DNA from: Escherichia phage PC3
Length of the DNA stretch: 64,000 nt
Sequence record: ON184125
Reading direction: 5' to 3' (one strand)
In this document: piece by piece, positions 1 through 10,492 of the stretch
Position numbering within the stretch: the stretch's first letter is position 1
How the letters are laid out: each line of letters begins with the position of its first letter
Translations under genes and position numbers: made by a program
The notes under the pieces: model-generated
The model's input: only the letters and a program-made list of their open reading frames with translations
The model's database searches: none
What the model was told of the DNA's origin: nothing

Positions 1-2
1 TC

Positions 3-2558
3 GCTCTCAATACTCCACCAACAATCGTGGACGTGTATGCTGATGGGAAACGTCTTTCGGAATCCAAATATTCACTAGATGGGAATGTAATCACTTTCAG
101 TCCTTCTTTGCCACCCAACACAGAACTCCAGGTGATTGAATATACTCCTATTCAATTGGGTAATGGCGGTGGTTCTAGTTCTTCTACGATTACTTGGGTC
201 TATAATGGGGGTTCAGCGATTGGCGGTGAAACCGAAATCACGTTGGACGTCGTTGTTGACGATGTTCCGGCCATTGATATAAACGGAAGTCGCCAGTATA
301 AAAATCTGGGATTCACATTCGATCCATTAACCAGTAAAATCACTCTTGCGCAAGAACTGGAACCAGAGGATGAAGTTGTTGTAATTATCAATGGAACACC
401 AAACATCTATAATCAAATTGATTATACTTTGCGGGAAGTGGCTCGTGTAACCAATGTTAAAGATACAGAGGTCGTTTATTTTAGTGTTGGTGCTGCGTTA
501 AGTGGGTATAAAGTTATTTATGACAAGGAGACGCAAAGGGCTTATCCCTTGCCTGCTGATATTGCCCCAGGTACTACTGCTATCAGTCTTAGTCCTTCCG
601 CTGTACTTGTGCATTCAGCGGGTTCTGTAGATCTCGGGGAATTGGCCGTATCTCGTGAGGAATACGTTACATTGTCTGGGTCATTTGATACCGGTGTAAC
701 AGTTAATACCAAGAATGAATTAGTTGTCTTTACAGATGGGAAGTATCGCTGGGATGGGGAATTGCCTAAAGAGGTTTCTGCTGGCTCAACCCCAGGGAGT
801 GCTGGTGGTACTGGTGCAGGAAAATGGTTAAGTGTTGGTGATGTAAGTTTAAGAAGTGACCTGGCTGATGATGACGGAGTTGATTTAGTTAACGGAGCAG
901 TCAAGGATAAAGATTTTGAGCTTTACAAAAGGCAATCAATTGCAAAAAATAGATTTAATTTCGCTTTTGGGAATAAATACTCAAGAAGCTTTAACAATAA
1001 TTTGCGCTTACAGTTGCAAACTTATGTGGAGAATGTATTTAACTTTGCACCAAAAGCGGTGTCACTTCCAAGTGGGCGGGTGGTATGTATCTACACAGTG
1101 AAGGATGGTGCTAATATTGACCCAGGACAGGACGGCACACCTATGCACATTGATTACCTAATATCTGATGATAACGGTGTGAACTGGACCACTGGAACTG
1201 TTGTTAACAAAGGGCCAGGATATGCCACTTCTGAAACGGTACTATTCCTAAATAATCTTGATGGGTATTTGTATTGTTTCTTTACATCAATGAAGGGGAT
1301 TACGGGGTGGGGGCATGCACAACAAGGAACTAACCCTGACACAACATCAACTATTGAATATGTCATATCAAAGGATGGTGGCAATACATGGAGCACCCCT
1401 GTTGATATTACGCCATTGGTTAAACCATCTGGTGCTTACTTCTCATCAATTGCACCTACACAAGTCGGGTACATAAATGGCAAGCCTGCAATTCCTTATT
1501 ATTATTTAACTCAACTATCTACCGGAATAGTTGAGGGGTATATCACAGTTGATGATAGCGGTAACTACACCTACGGTGAAGATGTCAGGAAAGACACGGA
1601 TACCGATACTCTCGGTACATCTGGCGGTGAAATTGGTTTCGGAAATTTTTATGACGGAACACCGTTTGCCATTGAGCGCGCAGCAGATACGACCACTAAG
1701 CCTTACAAAATAGCCATTCAAAAGCTATTGATGCAAGATTCTAGTGGAAAGTGGGTTGTAAAAGGACAGTTCCCTACCACTAACTGTATGGCGTCGTTCT
1801 TACGCGTTGGCCCTGATTATGGTTTTGATAAGGATTATCTCTTTGTTATCGCACCTGTTGGTCAATCAGGTAATTACGAAGGACGTGCAAACATTAGAGT
1901 ATTCGACTGCTCTGACGATTTTAGCAATCCTATTGATCGCGGCATGATAACAGACACAAATGCTTTGGAGGCAGGTTACAGTTCAACCGTGCTTCTATCT
2001 TCTGGTTCATTTATGAGTATGTGGAACGGTAGACAGTGGACGATCAGCAATTCAATTTACACTATTAACAGGCTTGCGGGTAACGTGATTATCCCTGTCC
2101 CGTTTTGCGGCACTATTAAAATTGTTGACATTAGAAAGACTTTTGCACCCGATTTAAGAATCAACGAGCGAGTGATTGGTCTTGCTGACGGCAAAGAATA
2201 TACATGGAACGGTTCATCATTTGTGCTTGGTATTTCGTCACCAACGAAAACGCTAACAACTGAAACAACTACATTAGATGCCAACTCTTGCGACGTATTT
2301 TATCTCGACGCTGGAAGTAATGGATCAGTGATAACGTCAATCACTGGTGGATATATCGGACAAAGGATATCAATACTTCCGTTATCCGGCAACACTGTTG
2401 TGACGCTTTCAAAACAAGCGTCCGGCGTCTCTGTCACCGACAGAATTATGTATAATACAGAAACCGGGAAGACAAAATACAAGACAAACGGGGAGATTGT
2501 AGAGTTAATAAAAACGAACTACGGATGGTATTTAAACAAATCAGCAAATGCATCATAA
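3..2558 (+). CDS. Tailspike protein 1 (5' partial; BNR/Asp-box sialidase-like domain)
   Basis: Open frame runs off the window start. Carries the ~110-aa module shared with the next tailspikes (VTNVKD...SAGSVDLGELAVSREEYV...NTKNELVVFTDGKYRWDG) and two Asp-box motifs (SDDNGVNW, SKDGGNTW). Confidence 0.75.
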   Translation, partial: ALNTPPTIVDVYADGKRLSESKYSLDGNVITFSPSLPPNTELQVIEYTPIQLGNGGGSSSSTITWVYNGGSAIGGETEITLDVVVDDVPAIDINGSRQYKNLGFTFDPLTSKITLAQELEPEDEVVVIINGTPNIYNQIDYTLREVARVTNVKDTEVVYFSVGAALSGYKVIYDKETQRAYPLPADIAPGTTAISLSPSAVLVHSAGSVDLGELAVSREEYVTLSGSFDTGVTVNTKNELVVFTDGKYRWDGELPKEVSAGSTPGSAGGTGAGKWLSVGDVSLRSDLADDDGVDLVNGAVKDKDFELYKRQSIAKNRFNFAFGNKYSRSFNNNLRLQLQTYVENVFNFAPKAVSLPSGRVVCIYTVKDGANIDPGQDGTPMHIDYLISDDNGVNWTTGTVVNKGPGYATSETVLFLNNLDGYLYCFFTSMKGITGWGHAQQGTNPDTTSTIEYVISKDGGNTWSTPVDITPLVKPSGAYFSSIAPTQVGYINGKPAIPYYYLTQLSTGIVEGYITVDDSGNYTYGEDVRKDTDTDTLGTSGGEIGFGNFYDGTPFAIERAADTTTKPYKIAIQKLLMQDSSGKWVVKGQFPTTNCMASFLRVGPDYGFDKDYLFVIAPVGQSGNYEGRANIRVFDCSDDFSNPIDRGMITDTNALEAGYSSTVLLSSGSFMSMWNGRQWTISNSIYTINRLAGNVIIPVPFCGTIKIVDIRKTFAPDLRINERVIGLADGKEYTWNGSSFVLGISSPTKTLTTETTTLDANSCDVFYLDAGSNGSVITSITGGYIGQRISILPLSGNTVVTLSKQASGVSVTDRIMYNTETGKTKYKTNGEIVELIKTNYGWYLNKSANAS

Positions 2559-2564
2559 CAATAA

Positions 2565-2589
2565 ACCCCGCTTCGGCGGGGTTCTTATT
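2565..2589 (+). terminator. Rho-independent terminator after TSP1
   Basis: ccccgc-ttcg-gcgggg stem-loop followed by TTCTTATT. Confidence 0.6.
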
Positions 2590-2620
2590 ATAACTTTGTT
2601 CATAAATTTATTAGTTCAGA

Positions 2621-2631
2621 CTAAATACCCC
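2621..2631 (+). promoter_or_regulatory. Putative late promoter (CTAAATAcccc)
   Basis: Motif ~27 nt upstream of the TSP2 ATG; recurs before late genes. Confidence 0.45.
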
Positions 2632-2657
2632 ATATTGGTCATCTTTGGGGTATTATC

Positions 2658-5207
2658 ATGATTTCTCAATTCAATCAACCACGCGGCTCCACTTCCATAG
2701 AAGTTAACAAACAATCTATCGCTCGAAATTTCGGTGTCAAAGAAGACGAAGTCATTTATTTCACTGCTGGTATTGATCTCAGTGGATTTAAAGTAATTTA
2801 TGATGAGTCTACCCAACGGGCTTATTCTCTTCCTTCAGGTATTGTTTCAGGAACGACTGCGATAAGTCTGAACGAACAAGCCATCCTCACTCATTCCGCT
2901 GGTTCTGTTGACCTTGGGGAATTAGCAGTAAGCCGCGAAGAGTATGTAACCTTACCTGGTTCATTTGATACCGGTGTAACTGTTAATACTAAGAATGAAT
3001 TAGTTGTATTTACTGATGGTAAGTACCGTTGGGATGGGGCATTACCTAAAGTAGTTCCTGCTGGCACAGACCCTACTCTTCCAGGGAGTGGTTATATTAG
3101 GTGCTCCAATCAGTTCACAAGCACACAGACCCGTGAGGCGTTGCGCCGTAGCTATGCAACAGCAGGCTATAATCTAGTAGATGGTAGCTTTGAGTCGGGC
3201 GGTACACTAGTGAACGCCAACGATGTGCTACTACAAGAACGCACTGGTAAGGCGTTCTCTGGTCCTGCTGGTATAGTTGTCGCTGGGACTAACCCGATAA
3301 CTGGTGGTTACAAAGTTGCTGGAATATACAAACATTTCTCCTCTTTTTACGAGATGATTGCGTCCACGGAGGCAGAGTTACCTGTAGATTCAGTATGCTC
3401 AACCGGCGGTACAATGTGGGTCAGGTCTGCTTCCCAGCCAGCATTAACATCATTTACCCCTATAAGTGCGATTTGCGGGGATGATTTCGGCATAACCGCT
3501 GGAGAGTCTGTCTCTGGCCAGACTATATCTGAATTCCTAACTGTAGCTTACACATCAGGGTGCCGTGGGTACTTCAAGTCAGTCGGTGAAGTTACTGTAA
3601 CCAGCAATATAGAACTATTGTCGATTGATAAAAACTTAGTTGTTGATTGGACTGGTATAAAGTTGTTCGGGGCATCTGATGGGGTGGAAATGCACTTGTC
3701 ATCAACCGAGATTCGGTCTTCACTTCTAGCTGATATGGTAAGTGGCTCCACAGTTGTGCAGGTGGATGGGGCTGTAGAAGGAGATTTGATTTATATAGAG
3801 GACAACAAGACGTATGAGACTCAGTGGAATTTTAACTCAAGGGAGTTGTTTATTGCAGAGCGTGAATCTGGTTCTAGTATGAAAGTTGATAGGCCAGCGC
3901 TATTCAATCATTTAGTAGCAAACAACGTTAAGGTCAACAGGTACAAACCGGTAAGGTTGATTTTCAATAACTTCAAGATGGAGCACTTCAACAATCGTGA
4001 TAACTCATCTTTTGTTAATATAGGCTCCGCATCATTCGGGGTTTCATCTTCATGGTTTCGTGGTTTTTATATGCCAGTCTTTTCTGGTGACGTGGAAACC
4101 AGTGGTGGTTCTTCGTACTTATTGATAGCCTGCTATATGCCAAGAATTGGCAATGTAGTTGCTAATAGGTGTCAGTATCCTATCAGCCCTGCGGCGGGTA
4201 CTTACGATACAGTTATTGATAGCATCACAGCATCATTCTGTCGACATGCTGCCTCCCCAACAACATGGTTCAACAAGTTCGAGGTTAAAAAGTGCTTCGG
4301 TTATAATAACTTCGCCACGATGGACTCGCACGCTGGTTTTGATGCTAAATGGCGTAACGTATTTGCCACCGAAGAATATGATATGCCAAATATAAGATGT
4401 CTTGGTGGTGAGCTGACAGATATCAATATAGTTGCCAGTTTGGGCACAACCCCAGCAGAAGACCCTCAGATAGGTATCGTCACATTTACTGGTGATGCTT
4501 CTATGCACCGAGACTGGATCGCTACTAATGTTGCTCTAAATTATAAAAACCGGACGGATGATATTTTCGCATTACCGTGGCAGGCTGATAATGTCTATTA
4601 CGAAAATATTAACTGCATGGGTGGTTTTATTAGATGTGTAAACACAGCATCAAAAATAAAAACAGTAACATTAACAAACATCAATGCCTGCGTGAGACTG
4701 GTAGGTGACTGCGGAAATCTGAAAACATTAATAAACAACAGGGTAATTCCAGATGATAGTCTCTACATGTATGAGAATGCACCGAACGGGAAGAAAACTA
4801 CATTATGGGAAGTTAACTGTGGGCATACTTCGGGGGCTTCTGCTAACAAAGTTTTAAAGATTTTTGATAACTATGGAACATTAGAATCGCAAAACCTACT
4901 AGTAAAAATTAAGTCGTGTTCTTCATATAATAACGGAGGATCCGTTGCTTATATTGAGAAGACGTACCTAGTAAATCATAAGCTCAGCGCGAATTCTTCC
5001 GCGTCGATATCAGGACCTGTGAATGAAACTCGCATAAACGGCGTGACAGATTCGGACATATCACTCAATGTAACATTAACTAATTCTGCGGGATACACAC
5101 AGTCACCAGATATAAACGCGCATTTCTTTGAGCTAACTATAGCTACAACCACAAGTAGACCGAATAACGTATTCGGTATAACTGTAGAGATATCAAAACT
5201 CAATTGA
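2658..5207 (+). CDS. Tailspike protein 2
   Basis: 849-aa ORF; the conserved module lies at residues ~15-130 and is ~90% identical at DNA level to the TSP1 copy; CTAAATA motif 27 nt upstream. Confidence 0.7.
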   Translation: MISQFNQPRGSTSIEVNKQSIARNFGVKEDEVIYFTAGIDLSGFKVIYDESTQRAYSLPSGIVSGTTAISLNEQAILTHSAGSVDLGELAVSREEYVTLPGSFDTGVTVNTKNELVVFTDGKYRWDGALPKVVPAGTDPTLPGSGYIRCSNQFTSTQTREALRRSYATAGYNLVDGSFESGGTLVNANDVLLQERTGKAFSGPAGIVVAGTNPITGGYKVAGIYKHFSSFYEMIASTEAELPVDSVCSTGGTMWVRSASQPALTSFTPISAICGDDFGITAGESVSGQTISEFLTVAYTSGCRGYFKSVGEVTVTSNIELLSIDKNLVVDWTGIKLFGASDGVEMHLSSTEIRSSLLADMVSGSTVVQVDGAVEGDLIYIEDNKTYETQWNFNSRELFIAERESGSSMKVDRPALFNHLVANNVKVNRYKPVRLIFNNFKMEHFNNRDNSSFVNIGSASFGVSSSWFRGFYMPVFSGDVETSGGSSYLLIACYMPRIGNVVANRCQYPISPAAGTYDTVIDSITASFCRHAASPTTWFNKFEVKKCFGYNNFATMDSHAGFDAKWRNVFATEEYDMPNIRCLGGELTDINIVASLGTTPAEDPQIGIVTFTGDASMHRDWIATNVALNYKNRTDDIFALPWQADNVYYENINCMGGFIRCVNTASKIKTVTLTNINACVRLVGDCGNLKTLINNRVIPDDSLYMYENAPNGKKTTLWEVNCGHTSGASANKVLKIFDNYGTLESQNLLVKIKSCSSYNNGGSVAYIEKTYLVNHKLSANSSASISGPVNETRINGVTDSDISLNVTLTNSAGYTQSPDINAHFFELTIATTTSRPNNVFGITVEISKLN

Positions 5208-5226
5208 CACACCACAAATAAAAACT

Positions 5227-5255
5227 AGCCCTGCTTTGGCGGGGCTCTTTTTGTT
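5227..5255 (+). terminator. Rho-independent terminator after TSP2
   Basis: agccctgc-tttg-gcggggct hairpin plus CTTTTTG. Confidence 0.55.
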
Positions 5256-5395
5256 GTACCACAAACAAACCATTATGTAGACTATTTCAGTCAATCCTGA
5301 CTTAACTAACCTGAGAAATCCCCTATGGTAAATGAACCAGATAACGTAACTCTAGCCAGACTCGAAGAGAGACTGAGAAACATTTTTGAAAACCA

Positions 5396-5423
5396 AAACC
5401 CCGCTTCGGCGGGGTTCTTATTA
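5396..5423 (+). terminator. Terminator hairpin (duplicate of 2565..2589)
   Basis: Same ccccgcttcggcggggttcttatta sequence. Confidence 0.55.
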
Positions 5424-5454
5424 TATCCATGTTCATAAATTTTATTAGTTCAGG

Positions 5455-5465
5455 CTAAATACCCC
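5455..5465 (+). promoter_or_regulatory. Putative late promoter (CTAAATAcccc)
   Basis: Identical copy upstream of TSP3. Confidence 0.45.
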
Positions 5466-5497
5466 ATATTGGCAAATCCTCTATGGGGTATCTTCAA

Positions 5498-7906
5498 ATG
5501 ACCAGAAACGTCGAGAGCATCTTTGGAGCGGTCGTAACAGCTCCGCACCAGATTCCATACACTTACACAGCAACGGGCGGAGAGAAGTTTATCTCCCTCC
5601 CTTTCTACCCTGTCACTGGTATAGTCACAATCAACGGTGGTATGCAAGTTCCGTTAGACAACTTTGAAATCGATGGAAATACGTTGAATCTCGGACGCGC
5701 ATTATCCAAAGGTGACGTTGTGTTCTGTCTGTTTGACAAGATTCTGTCTCCAGAAGATTATAAAACCGGGGTTCGAATCTATAAGTTTCAGGCTATAGGA
5801 GGTGAAACCGAGTTCACTCCTGATTACACATCTTATGGAGTCCAATCTCTTTATATCGGTGGTGAGTACAAAACACCCGAAATTGAATATTCCTATGACA
5901 GCACGACAGGGAAAGTGACTTTACAAACTGCGCTGACTGCAGGCGTTTGGGTAGTCGCTGAAATGTCTGTTAAACAACCGAATATCAGTCCGTTGTTTGA
6001 CCGAAGTATTCAAGAAATCGCTCGTGCTACTAACGTCAAGGATAGTGAAGTAATCCTCAGCACGGATACTACTCAGTCCCTCAATGGTAAGAAGGTTGTT
6101 TATTCTGTTAGTGAGCAGAAGGCATATGGGTTGCCTACATTGCCTACTAACGTATATATTTCTTCCGTTAATGGTGACCAACTAACATACAATCCTGGTG
6201 GGATTGTTGTTGACCTGCTCCCTGCACCCAATGATGTAACTCCAGTGGAGAATGAGTTGCAGGTATATAAAACGGCTATGGTTACTGATGGGGGAACATT
6301 AGTAAATTCTGGCTTATCTGGTGTTTCTTCTGCAATTAAGCGAACCATTGATAGCCATTTTAAAGACTACTATAACGTTAAAGATTTTGGTGCTGTTGGT
6401 GACGGAGCTACTGATGATACGGTAGCCATAAAAGCAGCTATAGCTTATGCTGGCACCACAAAAGGCGTGGTTTATTTCCCGGATGGTAACTATAAAATAA
6501 GCAGTACTCTTGCTCTACCATCGAATGTATCAGTAATAGGGAGAAGTCGTGAATCAGTTATTATAACGAAAACGACATCCACCACCGTTACAGTTCTGGT
6601 GACAGCGCCTGCACTATCTGGAGGGTATACCGGAACCCTGCCTACAGATATGAATGCGGTTATTTGTTTAGGGGATTCTAGTAGTTCAAGATGGTCCGGT
6701 GTCATCACAGGGGTTACTCTGTATGGGACAAAAACTACAACGGAAAACCACGCGGTAGAATTTGGTATCGTAAATGCAGGCGTGGTATCCGACGCCACGA
6801 TAGAAGACGTCTATATTTACGATTGCAAGTATGGGCTAATTCTCCCTGTTGTATTTGCGTCGCGAGTAGGAAACAACCGCGTTACCGCATGTCTCGGTGG
6901 GGTATTTATAAACAACGGCACTTCATGCGTAATATCTACTAACTATAGTAATAGTTGCCGTGATTATGGGCATTGCTATCGGGATCTTAAATACTCTGTT
7001 ATAGAGGCTAATGCCTGTGATCACACTAACAGGAACGACTATTATCCGGACAGGACAAGAGTGTGTTATGGCTATATATTACAGAACCTGCTAGGGGTAA
7101 CGGTAACTGGGAATGGTCAAGAAGGCACTCTGGGTATTAACTGGAGATTGGATAATTTCGACCATAGCTCATTCACCAATAACACCAGTATTAGACTTGG
7201 TTCTGATTACACAGGCCCGTCTAACATATCATGGCTAGAATTAAATGGAGTGGCGCGCAACAGCATCATTGAGAACAATGTATCTTATGAGTACAACTCT
7301 AATGGGATGTTGTTTGGTGGGGCCGTAGCTGGGCAACACCATAATATTTACATCTCCGATATTACGTTTTTTAACGCAATATTGCGTAACAACATTGTAA
7401 GGTCTACACGAAATGGGGTTCCGGTGGAGGCTGGTTGGCTCAACAATGTTACCAGAACGGTGGCGAATTCATCCGCCAAAATCAGGCCAGACCGTACTTT
7501 CTTAGCGAATGACCCCGGTTCGCCTGAAATTACAGTTCAATCAGGCACCAATGCGGTGATATCATACGGCGAGTATACCGTACATAACATAAATTATGTC
7601 GGAGATTTTGCTCATATATTCGGTGTGTTTGATGTGACAATTGAATGGAGTTCCGGCACCAGTCAGTTCATATCTGTGACAGGATTTCCTGTCGCGCGGG
7701 ATTACGCATACATAGCAGTAACAGGGGTGAACAACGGGGACATCGGTTTTACCTCTGGAAATATTCCAGCCAGCTTTCGAATGAACATCGGGAACACTGG
7801 AGGAGCGTTCTTTACTGAAGGTGAAAAAACGCTTCGCATTGATGCAGTTGTGTCCGGTAAACGTTTGTATATTAGCTACGACGGGTGGTATCGGGTTAGC
7901 CCTTAA
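5498..7906 (+). CDS. Tailspike protein 3 (pectate-lyase-like right-handed beta-helix)
   Basis: Motif NVKDFGAVGDGATDDTVAIKAAIAYAG...VVYFPDGNYKISS typical of beta-helix glycanases; divergent copy of the shared module; start chosen by alignment with the TSP2 leader (alternative ATG 5483). Confidence 0.7.
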   Translation: MTRNVESIFGAVVTAPHQIPYTYTATGGEKFISLPFYPVTGIVTINGGMQVPLDNFEIDGNTLNLGRALSKGDVVFCLFDKILSPEDYKTGVRIYKFQAIGGETEFTPDYTSYGVQSLYIGGEYKTPEIEYSYDSTTGKVTLQTALTAGVWVVAEMSVKQPNISPLFDRSIQEIARATNVKDSEVILSTDTTQSLNGKKVVYSVSEQKAYGLPTLPTNVYISSVNGDQLTYNPGGIVVDLLPAPNDVTPVENELQVYKTAMVTDGGTLVNSGLSGVSSAIKRTIDSHFKDYYNVKDFGAVGDGATDDTVAIKAAIAYAGTTKGVVYFPDGNYKISSTLALPSNVSVIGRSRESVIITKTTSTTVTVLVTAPALSGGYTGTLPTDMNAVICLGDSSSSRWSGVITGVTLYGTKTTTENHAVEFGIVNAGVVSDATIEDVYIYDCKYGLILPVVFASRVGNNRVTACLGGVFINNGTSCVISTNYSNSCRDYGHCYRDLKYSVIEANACDHTNRNDYYPDRTRVCYGYILQNLLGVTVTGNGQEGTLGINWRLDNFDHSSFTNNTSIRLGSDYTGPSNISWLELNGVARNSIIENNVSYEYNSNGMLFGGAVAGQHHNIYISDITFFNAILRNNIVRSTRNGVPVEAGWLNNVTRTVANSSAKIRPDRTFLANDPGSPEITVQSGTNAVISYGEYTVHNINYVGDFAHIFGVFDVTIEWSSGTSQFISVTGFPVARDYAYIAVTGVNNGDIGFTSGNIPASFRMNIGNTGGAFFTEGEKTLRIDAVVSGKRLYISYDGWYRVSP

Positions 7907-7915
7907 TTTTATTAT

Positions 7916-7940
7916 AAAGGTCCCATTCGGGACCTTTTCT
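7916..7940 (+). terminator. Rho-independent terminator after TSP3
   Basis: aaaggtccc-attc-gggaccttt plus T-run. Confidence 0.6.
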
Positions 7941-8224
7941 TATATAGAGTTTAGTGTCTGTTGTGTATGCAAGTATTGTTGGTAATAATGGTATTAAAGA
8001 AGCGTATACCTGAGTTCTACAGAAAGGATGGAAAGAATTTGTTACTCCTGCTGGTTCAAGGTGAGGTTTAATACCAGACCGATGTGCATGGTTAGAGGCT
8101 GCTTACCCGTCTAGAATCAATAAACAAATTCTAGGTTGGTTAGCTGAATTGAGAATCGGTAAATAACTTTACTTACATGCCTCCCCACGTTGGGAGGCTT
8201 ACTTAGAAAAACAAAGAGGTCATT

Positions 8225-10450
8225 ATGAACGAAATGTTCTCACAAGGCGGTAAAGGCTCTACTGGTATTCTTACCAATAAGCAAGCCATTGCTCGTAAGT
8301 TTGGTGTTAAGCAAAATGAAGTAGTCTACTTTGCTGTGGGAGTGGACTTGGGTGGCTACAAAGTAATCTATGACAAGTCTACCCAACGTGCTTACTCATT
8401 ACCTGTACTTCCAGTAGGAACCACTGCCGTAAGCCTCAATAAACATGCAGTCCTGGTTCATTCCGCAGGCACAGTTGATTTGGGGGAACTGGCTGCTACA
8501 CGTAGAGAGTTCGTGAACCTATCCGACTCGTTTGCTACTGGTTTAGTTGTGAATACTAGAAATGAATTACTATTTCATAATGGCATAGGTTACACCTACT
8601 TAGGTTCCTTACCTGTAACTATTGTCGCAGGAACTAACCCAGTTGGTAACGCTGACTGGAAGCCGCAGACAGATCCTAATTTACGGGACGTGCGTGCTTT
8701 TGGGGTTGTCGGTGATGGGTCTGATGAGGCATCTAGTTTACAGTTAGCCATTAACTCGGGGAATGTTTTTGTTCCTCCGGGCATGACAATTTCCCATTCA
8801 CAAGTCAACATACCAAAAGGTACGATTTTTACTTTCGGTCACGGTGCTGGGTTGACATCATTGACCGCTAATGCTCTTAATTTCGTCAGCGAGAGCCAAT
8901 TCAGCTTGCTTTCCCCTGCGGCTTCCGGAGCAACGTCCATCACATTAACATCTGAGGTGGCAGGAACTGGGTATACTCGGGCGTTGGTAATACGCACTGA
9001 GGACACAAGTGACGCTTGGTATATTGCCAACGCACAGAATCCGGATGTAACCGGATACCAAGGAGAATCTTTTTTAATATCGTCCATATCAGGTGCTACT
9101 GTAAATTTAGCAACGGCTTTACCGTGGGACCTAACTACCTCCAATTCGGTTATTTATCTTATAAAAGGCAACGCTACTAAGTTCATCGGGGGAATCTTAA
9201 AAAATTCTGCGTCAGGGTCTAGCTACATGTACCAATCTGTGGGGGCTTCGCTTATAGAGTTCCATGGTACTGTTTTTGATTATAATGGAAATGGCGGTTC
9301 AAGGCATGATAACGCGTACGGTGTGGTGTACCACAACACTACCCATACCGGGCGTGTCGGAAATGGTAATATATTTTTTGGTTACGGATCTACAGATTGT
9401 ACTGTTACAGGTACGACCCACATTGGAGGGACCGGTGGGGATGCGCAAATAATATCTTATGCTGGCTGCCGTAACATCCGTACATCCCATAACACCCTAA
9501 AACCTACGGCCAACAACGGAGGTATATATTTTGGTGCAAAATGCTTCGACTGCAACACCCATGCTGATTATATTAAAGGCGGAAAGTATGGGGTTATGGG
9601 GGCATTTGGTGCTCAGTGTATTGTTGTGGACTCGCTGGCGGCAGACGACCAAATATCAGGCGCTATCTTTATGGAGCAATGCCAGAACTTTACCATCACA
9701 AACCCGTCTATTAGATTCGTAAGGACTGGCGCTCAAACAACCGCTGCGATATTAATTAAGGACTGCGATTATGTGACAGTGGATGCAAATGTCCCTGTAA
9801 ATACAGGGGCGAACGGGTATATAGTCAGTATGTATAGCGCTCCTGCATACGCCCTAACAGTTAGAAAAAATATAAACATTACGGTAAAAGGTACTGGCAG
9901 TGTATACCTTACTAGCCCTATGACCAATTTCTCGATTAAAGACTGTTTAACATCCGGCGGTATGACAGTTTACTACGCCAATGGTACGTCTACTTACGGC
10001 AAGGTTACGCGTAATAGTTGCCGGTTTTTAGTAGCTCAAAGTTTCCAATATTGTGACATAGATAGTAACACCATTGCGGGGGATTCTGATTCTGAGGGTA
10101 TACGCCTTGGTGGTAACTGTAGATGGAACAACGTATATAGAAACAAGGTTAGTGGGGTTACTACGGCATTCTTCGTTAACTCAGCACCCGCAAATCTATA
10201 CACAAATGCGTTTCATGATGATAACGTAATAGATTACTCAACAGTAACCACCTTCGTATCATCTCAGACTGGAACCACCACACCAGTTACTGGAGTGTTA
10301 AACCCCGCTCCAGTGAGGAATTTCTTTCTCCCGGCAACAGGTTGGCAGGATAGCCCTACGGTAAAAAGAACTGTTAGTGGCTGGAGGCATAAAGGCACTA
10401 CAACAGGCACAGCGTCTGATTGGTTTACTATCCCCTCGTCAGAAGCGTGA
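8225..10450 (+). CDS. Tailspike protein 4 (beta-helix)
   Basis: Shared module at N-terminus (FGVKQNEVVYF...SAGTVDLGELA), then VRAFGVVGDGSDEASSLQLAINSG beta-helix signature; SD aaagagg upstream. Confidence 0.75.
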   Translation: MNEMFSQGGKGSTGILTNKQAIARKFGVKQNEVVYFAVGVDLGGYKVIYDKSTQRAYSLPVLPVGTTAVSLNKHAVLVHSAGTVDLGELAATRREFVNLSDSFATGLVVNTRNELLFHNGIGYTYLGSLPVTIVAGTNPVGNADWKPQTDPNLRDVRAFGVVGDGSDEASSLQLAINSGNVFVPPGMTISHSQVNIPKGTIFTFGHGAGLTSLTANALNFVSESQFSLLSPAASGATSITLTSEVAGTGYTRALVIRTEDTSDAWYIANAQNPDVTGYQGESFLISSISGATVNLATALPWDLTTSNSVIYLIKGNATKFIGGILKNSASGSSYMYQSVGASLIEFHGTVFDYNGNGGSRHDNAYGVVYHNTTHTGRVGNGNIFFGYGSTDCTVTGTTHIGGTGGDAQIISYAGCRNIRTSHNTLKPTANNGGIYFGAKCFDCNTHADYIKGGKYGVMGAFGAQCIVVDSLAADDQISGAIFMEQCQNFTITNPSIRFVRTGAQTTAAILIKDCDYVTVDANVPVNTGANGYIVSMYSAPAYALTVRKNINITVKGTGSVYLTSPMTNFSIKDCLTSGGMTVYYANGTSTYGKVTRNSCRFLVAQSFQYCDIDSNTIAGDSDSEGIRLGGNCRWNNVYRNKVSGVTTAFFVNSAPANLYTNAFHDDNVIDYSTVTTFVSSQTGTTTPVTGVLNPAPVRNFFLPATGWQDSPTVKRTVSGWRHKGTTTGTASDWFTIPSSEA

Positions 10451-10467
10451 CTTATAGCTGTAAAACT

Positions 10468-10492
10468 AAGGCCCCAAATGGGGCCTTTTCTT
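10468..10492 (+). terminator. Rho-independent terminator after TSP4
   Basis: aaggcccc-aaat-ggggcctt plus T-run; same downstream tail as the 7916 terminator. Confidence 0.6.
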
